From a virus (taxonomy: Duplodnaviria > Caudoviricetes): a stretch of DNA of 64,000 nt. Below the pieces are notes generated by a model. That model worked only from the letters and a program-made list of their open reading frames with translations, had not been told where the DNA came from and made no database searches. The stretch's first letter is position 1. Every line of letters starts with the position of its first letter. The DNA lies in the IMG/VR virus record IMGVR_UViG_3300028886_000055, positions 75,731 through 139,730 of that record; one strand, 5' to 3'. This document shows, one piece after another, positions 57,508 through 64,000 of the stretch. Made by a program: the position numbers and the translations under genes.

Positions 57508-58149
57508 ATGAAAAAGTTTATGTTATTGATGGCCATCGTATGTAGTATGGCCTTTGTTTCTTGCACAGGCTGTGCTGACAAGAAGGTTGTCGGTAATGAT
57601 TCTATTACTAACGATTCAACAGTTACTAATTCAGTAAATTATGTTGAGAATGCAATTGCTATGGACAAAGAGAATATGTATCTTACCTATGGCAAGGATT
57701 ACAAGTGGTTTGAGACTTGTATTGTTATGAATGAGTATATGGATAGTGAGAATACTAATGATTCCGTTGTTGGTATTTCTAATATCTTCCAAGTTCTCGA
57801 ACAGAAGAGTAGCAAGTCATTTGATGTTCATGTAATTATGTATACTCACGTTGGTGATAGTACACAAGTTGATGTTAAGCATGATTTTTGGATTGAGGAC
57901 ATGCCGATGAACAATGATGCAATTAAAGTTACCTTCAAGGAAGCTTATGCTAAGATGATGGCAACTAATCTTCCTAAGCCTCACAGTCGTCAGTGTGTGT
58001 TGCGTAAGGAAATCGGTCCTAAGGATTGCAATCCTCAGTACATCTTTGGTAATTCAGAAGCTCAAATTTACGTAGATGCTGTTACTGGAAATGTTACTGA
58101 TATGAATCCTGCTTTTCCTACTAAGTTGAACTATTCGTTTAACTGGTAA
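57508..58149 (+). CDS. Lipoprotein with PepSY-like C-terminus
   Basis: Signal peptide ending FVSC; IYVDAVTGNV. Confidence 0.7.
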   Translation: MKKFMLLMAIVCSMAFVSCTGCADKKVVGNDSITNDSTVTNSVNYVENAIAMDKENMYLTYGKDYKWFETCIVMNEYMDSENTNDSVVGISNIFQVLEQKSSKSFDVHVIMYTHVGDSTQVDVKHDFWIEDMPMNNDAIKVTFKEAYAKMMATNLPKPHSRQCVLRKEIGPKDCNPQYIFGNSEAQIYVDAVTGNVTDMNPAFPTKLNYSFNW

Positions 58150-58186
58150 AAACATTAACTTAGAGCTTAATAACTCTAAGTTATAT

Positions 58187-58260
58187 TGCGCAGTAGCTTA
58201 GACAGTAAAAGCACCAGCCTTATAAGCCGGAGATAGTGGGAGCATTACCCACCTGCGCTA
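58187..58260 (+). tRNA. tRNA-Ile(UAU) with atypical T loop
   Basis: GCGCAG/CTGCGC; CCAGC-CTTATAA-GCCGG; GTGGG-AGCATTA-CCCAC. Confidence 0.72.
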
Positions 58261-58285
58261 CTATTAATTTTTAAATTGTTTAATT

Positions 58286-59914
58286 ATGAAGAAAATTTTA
58301 ATAACAGTACTTATTTCATTGATAAGTATCTTTTCTTATGCTCAAAAAATAGTAGCAGATGAGATGCAAGATGATTTAAGAGTAGTTGAAACATCAGCAA
58401 TTGTTGCAAGAAATTTTACAGATACTAAAGTCTATATTTTTGGTTTGCGTGGATATTCTTATAATACGGAAGATGTTGATTACACGCTTATAATAAGAAT
58501 AAACGGATTTTCAAACATTTCAGAAAATAGTAAAAAAGTACTGATTAAAACATTTAATAATAACGTGTTAAATTTAAGTACATTATCATCTAGTAATAAT
58601 AAATATAATTTACAGGTAATAGGAAACCATATATATAATTTAAATTATTGTATTTTTTATGTTCCAATAAGTGAAAACGACATAATAACATTAAAATCCG
58701 GATTAAAAAAGTTACGAATTGAGTTAGATTCAGGATATATTGATAAAGAATATAAAAAAGATAAAGTTGGAGAAAAATTATATAATTCTTATCTACTTAT
58801 TAAAAACCAGTTTAAGTATGTTAAAGCTCCTACTTTAGAATCTAATTTTTAAAACTTAAAATAATTATGACAGTACACGAAATGATTAAGAGACGGCAGG
58901 AATATAATAAAAAGATTCTTGCCGTTATTAGTAAAATGATAGACAAATATCCAGATTGGAGATTTGGGCAAATCCTTAGCAATTTGGGTATTGCTATGCG
59001 AGGTAAAGATTGTTTTTACGATGAGAGTGTAGAAACTTATGATAATTTAACACCACAATTTAAAGAACTATGAAACATTATATTAGTAGAAGCGATATTA
59101 TTGAAGAGGCATGCCATAGAATGTTAAAGGAAATGTATATGCGTGCTCAACCTCCAGTGGATATTGATGATTATATTGCCAAATATAAAGACGGTACCTT
59201 TGATAAAGAGAAAGATCGTTGTTATGAATGGCATTATCTTCCTAATCAAGTAGAAACTCAAATTATTGAAAGTTATCTAGAAGCATATAACGCAAATGAT
59301 CAAATGCATGAATATTTCAATTGGCTTCTTGATTTGTTCAAAAACGGAGGACATCGTACTGTTTATAAAGATATATTTGGGGAAGGTAAAAAAACTCGTA
59401 GTGCAGAAGAAACTGAAAAACTTCCAGAATTAATTGGAGAAGAAAATGCCGAGAAAGTTTATGGTTTAATTAATGATTTTCTTGGCTTTTATAGACGAAA
59501 TAGAGATGAATGTTCTATTCGTTGGACTATAATGCAAGCTCCAACTAGTAACCCTAATACTGTAAAGGAGCATTGGGGACAAGATTTTGAAGTAGATGAT
59601 AGTGTTTATAAGAATAATGATGATGAATGGGATTATACTTATAAGGACTATTATGACGGAGAAATCAACGAAGATAGTTGGTATACTGCTGATAAAGAAG
59701 ATTAGAAATGATAGGATATATAATTCCCATAGTAGTATTGGTTATTTTTATCTTTATAATGGAATTAAAGAAAGAAAAAGATGACTTGAAATGTCCCAAA
59801 TGTGGGAATTATATGTCCTGTTATCATTTCCACTATATTTGTGATAATAAAGACGTTGACCAATATACTTATACTTGTAAAAATTGCGGATATAAAACGA
59901 TAATGAAAGTTTGA
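58286..59914 (+). CDS. Hypothetical genes (58286..58852 secreted; 58867..59073; 59070..59705; 59708..59914 TM plus Zn ribbon)
   Basis: ORF track; signal peptide in the first. Confidence 0.7.
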
Positions 59915-60021
59915 TAAAAATCATTTGGTTATGAATGATTTTTTTATTATATTAGTGTTTGTATTAAAACACGAATTGTGTTATATCCTAAATGCTCACA
60001 AAAGTGAAAGGAGAACTCGAT

Positions 60022-60426
60022 ATGATAAAAATTAAAAGAATATTCAGAAAAGTATTGATTTTCATTCTAGTGACATTCATTTGTTCAATGGAAATTAGTG
60101 CTAACCATACAGTAAGAGCAACCAAATATTATGCTGGACATAATTGTGGTTGGAGAACTGCGAGTGGCGATCGCATTAACAACCAAAAAGTTAGAAGCGG
60201 AGAACATAGATGGGTAGCGTTATCCCACGATATGTTCAAAAAGCACGGTTTTAAAATGGGAGATAAGATCCGTGTAGAAAGTAACAATCCTGTCCTACGG
60301 GGAGAATGGATTGTTAAAGATAAAATGGCACCAAGACTTCGTAAAGCGATAGACTTTTTATTTACAAGAGATATGAAAGGTTTTAATAACCCTTGTAAGG
60401 TAGTCATTTATCGAATCAAGGATTAA
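60022..60426 (+). CDS. Secreted 3D/RlpA-like domain protein
   Basis: ATKYY...TASG...WVALS.D...GDKIRV...G.W.VKD...IDF. Confidence 0.75.
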   Translation: MIKIKRIFRKVLIFILVTFICSMEISANHTVRATKYYAGHNCGWRTASGDRINNQKVRSGEHRWVALSHDMFKKHGFKMGDKIRVESNNPVLRGEWIVKDKMAPRLRKAIDFLFTRDMKGFNNPCKVVIYRIKD

Positions 60427-60528
60427 TTATTAAACAAATTATTAACCGAGTATTTAGGAAACTTTTAATAATTAATTTATAAGAGACAACAGACCTTTTA
60501 CAGTATGTAATTGGCGAGTTGTCTATAA

Positions 60529-60601
60529 GGCTTCTTAGTATAGTTGGTTATTACACAGGATTTGTAACCCTGAAACTCCAGATCGTGCCTGGAAGAAGCC
60601 T
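60529..60601 (+). tRNA. tRNA-Thr(UGU) with atypical T loop
   Basis: GGCTTCT/AGAAGCC; loop TTTGTAA; TCCAG-ATCGTGC-CTGGA. Confidence 0.72.
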
Positions 60602-60638
60602 CTTTTCATTGTAATTAAGACTTATTTTTACTTTATTT

Positions 60639-60667
60639 GGAGAGTCTAAAAATAGGCTCTCCTTTTT
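60639..60667 (+). terminator. Intrinsic terminator
   Basis: GGAGAGTCTA aaaa TAGGCTCTCC TTTTT. Confidence 0.8.
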
Positions 60668-60725
60668 GTTAAGTAGATATATGCATCTAAAAGTAAGAAA
60701 ATAAATGTTTAATAATAAGAAATAT

Positions 60726-61313
60726 ATGGAAAAGAAAAGATATAAAATATTGTTCTGCGATCTTGATGGAACGCTAATAGATACAGTCAGTGGAGAAGTA
60801 TTCCCTAAAGGAGTTTGGGATATGCGTTTCAAGTTTGACGTGCTTGAAGCAATAAAGAACATGTCTCCTAAATGTATTTTTATAGCAACAAATCAGGGTG
60901 GTATAGAAAATGGTTTTATAGATGAACTCAGTTTTATACGTAAGATGGAATACATAAAAAGCGCATTATCTGAATATTGTGAATGCGATTATGTAGACTA
61001 CTTGTATTGCTCGTCTAACAACAAGAACTATAAAAACAGAAAACCGAATGTTGGTATGTTGCAAGATCTGCTGTTTCGTTATTTTGCTTCATTCCAATCA
61101 GAATGTAAAAAAGACTGTCTAATGGTTGGCGACGCAAGCGGGAAAGACGGGCAATTCTCCGACAGCGACAAGAGAACTGCCGAAAATTTCGGTATTGACT
61201 ATATGGACATCAATGATTTTGTTGACGAATATGGAAATACTAAGCAACTTGACGCTAGAGAAGGAAATATTGAAGATAAAAAAATTAAACAATATGAAAC
61301 TAATAAGCTATAA
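60726..61313 (+). CDS. HAD-IIIA phosphatase (polynucleotide 3'-phosphatase-like)
   Basis: DLDGTL; TNQGG; RKPNVGM; MVGDASG...SDSD. Confidence 0.88.
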   Translation: MEKKRYKILFCDLDGTLIDTVSGEVFPKGVWDMRFKFDVLEAIKNMSPKCIFIATNQGGIENGFIDELSFIRKMEYIKSALSEYCECDYVDYLYCSSNNKNYKNRKPNVGMLQDLLFRYFASFQSECKKDCLMVGDASGKDGQFSDSDKRTAENFGIDYMDINDFVDEYGNTKQLDAREGNIEDKKIKQYETNKL

Positions 61314-62818
61314 TAAAGAAACTATGGCATTACATTTGGGAGATACTAGACATTTTGCATCTTTCCAATGTCCATTTGCCACTTGGTGGAAAGCTAGAAA
61401 ATGGTTTAAGCGTCCTAGATTTAAATTCTATTTTGGACCAACTTTTAAATTTAAAGGACACAAAGTAACTGAATTTGGAGAATATGATGATTATGAACAA
61501 AAAGGACTTTGGCCATTTGCAAGCACAGAGGTTTTAAAATGGGGAAATTTTATGCCTAAATGGTGGCCAATAAGTATTATAAGTTGGGATATTGGATGGA
61601 AAGATAAATATAACAGTCCACGTTACGAACATCCTGGACATTTTATTATATTCTTTGGTAAAAATTATAGAACTTGCTGGCAATTTAGTATGCAGGTAAA
61701 TGCACCTATTACATATAGTAGGAATGACTGTACTGAAATAGATATGGCTGAAAACTATTGGGAATCTATTTTGTGGTATCTAAATTACGCTAAAGAATAT
61801 GGTATGCCAGACTATAAGCATTTGGATTTGCTAAAAGCTAGGGCAACAATGCAAAACCATTGGTCTAGAAGTAGAAATATAGATATTAAAGAATTTAAAA
61901 TTCTAGAGGCACACAAAGGGATTAATTTTGATAAAAGTTATGGTGTGGTTAAGATAGAATCTAAACAACTTCGAAACTTATGTACAGTATTCCCCGAGTT
62001 TAATACTAATACTGAGTTAATGCTTACGATGAAACTAAATGATAAAATTTATTTCTTTCATAACGATTATATACATTGTAAGTTTGATCGAAGTTGTGAA
62101 AGTAATATAGTAGAAGTATGGTTTAAAGCAGATAGCAAAATCGGAGTAGATGAGTTTATTGACATTATTAATTCTAAGAAATTTGATAATTTAGAATTAA
62201 CTGAAAGTAAGTATGTAGATTTAGGTCCTAGTTTCAAAGATGAATTTTTAACTAAACGTGGAATTAAATTAGTAAGGGACAATGTATCTAAGAATAAACG
62301 CGATTGATCCGACTTATATAGGATTACAAGATATACTTATAAATCTAGACACTGATTGTATTGAATCTGGAACAATTAATTTATATAAAGAGGGAAAGGA
62401 AATTAGTTCTAGTATTCAAGAATATGTACAATTTTATGATACAATATTTACTAAAGTTAAAGATTTAGGAGTATATGAAATTATAGATGATGATGTTATA
62501 ATTAGACAAGAAGGATACGTTCCAGATTGGGTAGATAAGAAATATAATCAAGAACGTGGGTTTGGAGATTATCTGTATTTCAAGATTAACGTTAATTGTA
62601 AACTTATGGCTAGATCTGAAGAATTAATTAATCTAATGCTTGCGTCATTAATAAGCTCCGAAAATAACTATGATTTAGAATCTTGTATATCTAATATTGG
62701 TAGATTGACTGTGTTAAAAAGACGTTTTGAAGAAAAAGGTGAAACCAAATACTCGGATTGTATAGATAAAAGTATAGAAACTTTAATGCGAGATTTGGAA
62801 CAGTGGAAGACATCTTAA
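61294..62818 (+). CDS. Two hypothetical genes (61294..62307, 62282..62818)
   Basis: ORF track. Confidence 0.7.
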
Positions 62819-62869
62819 TTGCAGCAATTGGGATTATAGTAATTTATTTAATTGCTTATTTATATACTA

Positions 62870-63283
62870 ATGATGATTGATTATATAGTATATACAGATG
62901 GAGCATATTCTCCGAAAAATAATATCGGAGGAATTGCATTTACAATTTTCAACAACAAAGGAGAAAAAGTTTGTACGTTTAGTAAACCTTTTTCTAATAC
63001 AACAAATCAACGGATGGAACAAATGGCGTGTATATTAGCCTTACATAGCATCAAAGTTCCATCCGTTGTTCTTATATATACAGATTCTATGTATGTTGTA
63101 GGAACAATGATGGCTGGTTGGAGACGTAATTGCAATGAAGATTTATGGGCTGAATTAGATAGCCTTGTTACTAAACACAAAGTAATTTTTAAACACGTTA
63201 AAGGACACGATGGAAATGAAAAGAATGACGAAGTTGACAGACTTGCAGTTGAGATTACAAAACTGCATAGAAAAGATTGTTGA
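62870..63283 (+). CDS. rnhA: Ribonuclease HI
   Basis: YTDGA...TTNQRME...YTDSMYV...NEDLW...HVKGHDG...NDEVDRLA. Confidence 0.92.
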   Translation: MMIDYIVYTDGAYSPKNNIGGIAFTIFNNKGEKVCTFSKPFSNTTNQRMEQMACILALHSIKVPSVVLIYTDSMYVVGTMMAGWRRNCNEDLWAELDSLVTKHKVIFKHVKGHDGNEKNDEVDRLAVEITKLHRKDC

Positions 63284-63995
63284 GGAGGTAGATTGGAAAA
63301 AAATCCATAAGGCTATGGTATGCGTCGATTGGACTTGGGCACCTTATGGTAGAACTCCAACAGTTGATGAACTTAAGCAACGTACTAGAGAACAATTAGA
63401 GGAAGTAGCTATTCAAGCTCTTTATAACAAAGAAAATTATACTATTTCTTGTGGTGGTATTGAAACTACTGCAAGATTTTTGGAAGATGACGATGATGAA
63501 TCAGGATGGACTCTTGAATTTAAGTTTATTTTAGACAGTTGGTACGATGAAATATAAGAAGAAATTAGCAGCACTTAAAGCCGCAAAAGAATGGTGGGAT
63601 AAACAACCAGAAAGTTATAAACAAGCTACTACACGACCTGGAGGTATTAATCAAACAGTTGTAAAGTTAAAATGAGCATTAAAGATACAATTAAAGAATT
63701 TACTGCAAAGAAAGAATTTACTGCAGTACGTGCATATTCACTTACTAAGTATGGTGAGCCTATGGATGAGGATCAAATATTCAACAAATATGTAAAAACT
63801 ATAAGTGAACTCGTTGAATCTAAAGCTCAACGTGGTTATTATAGTTTAGTTATTGATATTGATCCAGGATTTCCAGAAATATCAACTAACCTTGTTGAAT
63901 GCTTCTCTAATAAAGGATATACTTGTTTTGTTCTTGATAGTAGTATTGACACTCGTATTAAAACTCCGCAATTATTTGTAAGTTGGGATAGATGA
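63216..63995 (+). CDS. Two hypothetical genes (about 63216..63557, 63672..63995)
   Basis: ORF track. Confidence 0.65.
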
Positions 63996-64000
63996 TTGAA

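Noticed and set aside
1-64000. CRISPR array, reverse transcriptase, integrase, major capsid or RNA polymerase genes
   Set aside because: No regular repeat-spacer array or diagnostic motifs seen in this window

Overview
The window is part of a large AT-rich crAss-like (Crassvirales-type) phage genome. The host is probably Bacteroidota, judging from TAnnTTTG -7 promoter boxes. From about 1 to 21650 it is mostly a minus-strand late/structural region in which TAG is read as Gln (code 15). The supplied code-11 ORF track fragments it; reading TAG as Gln restores portal (1618..3813), terminase large subunit (4029..6311), two holin candidates, a tail lysozyme and an NlpC/P60 protein. An amber suppressor tRNA(CUA) lies at 18349..18422. 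After a strand switch near 21.7-21.9 kb, the plus strand carries mostly standard-code small early genes, a 2 kb structured-RNA region with a twister ribozyme, and 11 more tRNAs. Two of these tRNAs have group I introns, and in one an HNH ORF reads straight through the ribozyme core. Main observations: (1) a dispersed family of TAG-recoded genes sharing a K(K)YQ / LIPR(H/K) / KGGxL tag fused to different effector domains (zincin protease, kinase, LysM, L,D-transpeptidase, unknown); (2) a tRNA-Arg gene split at its anticodon by a cassette carrying an HNH nuclease and a replacement tRNA-Arg(UCU); (3) two homing endonucleases gated by a single N-terminal amber codon; (4) tRNA-mimic RNAs; (5) a DGR-like variable region. 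All calls come from manual reading; no database searches were run.
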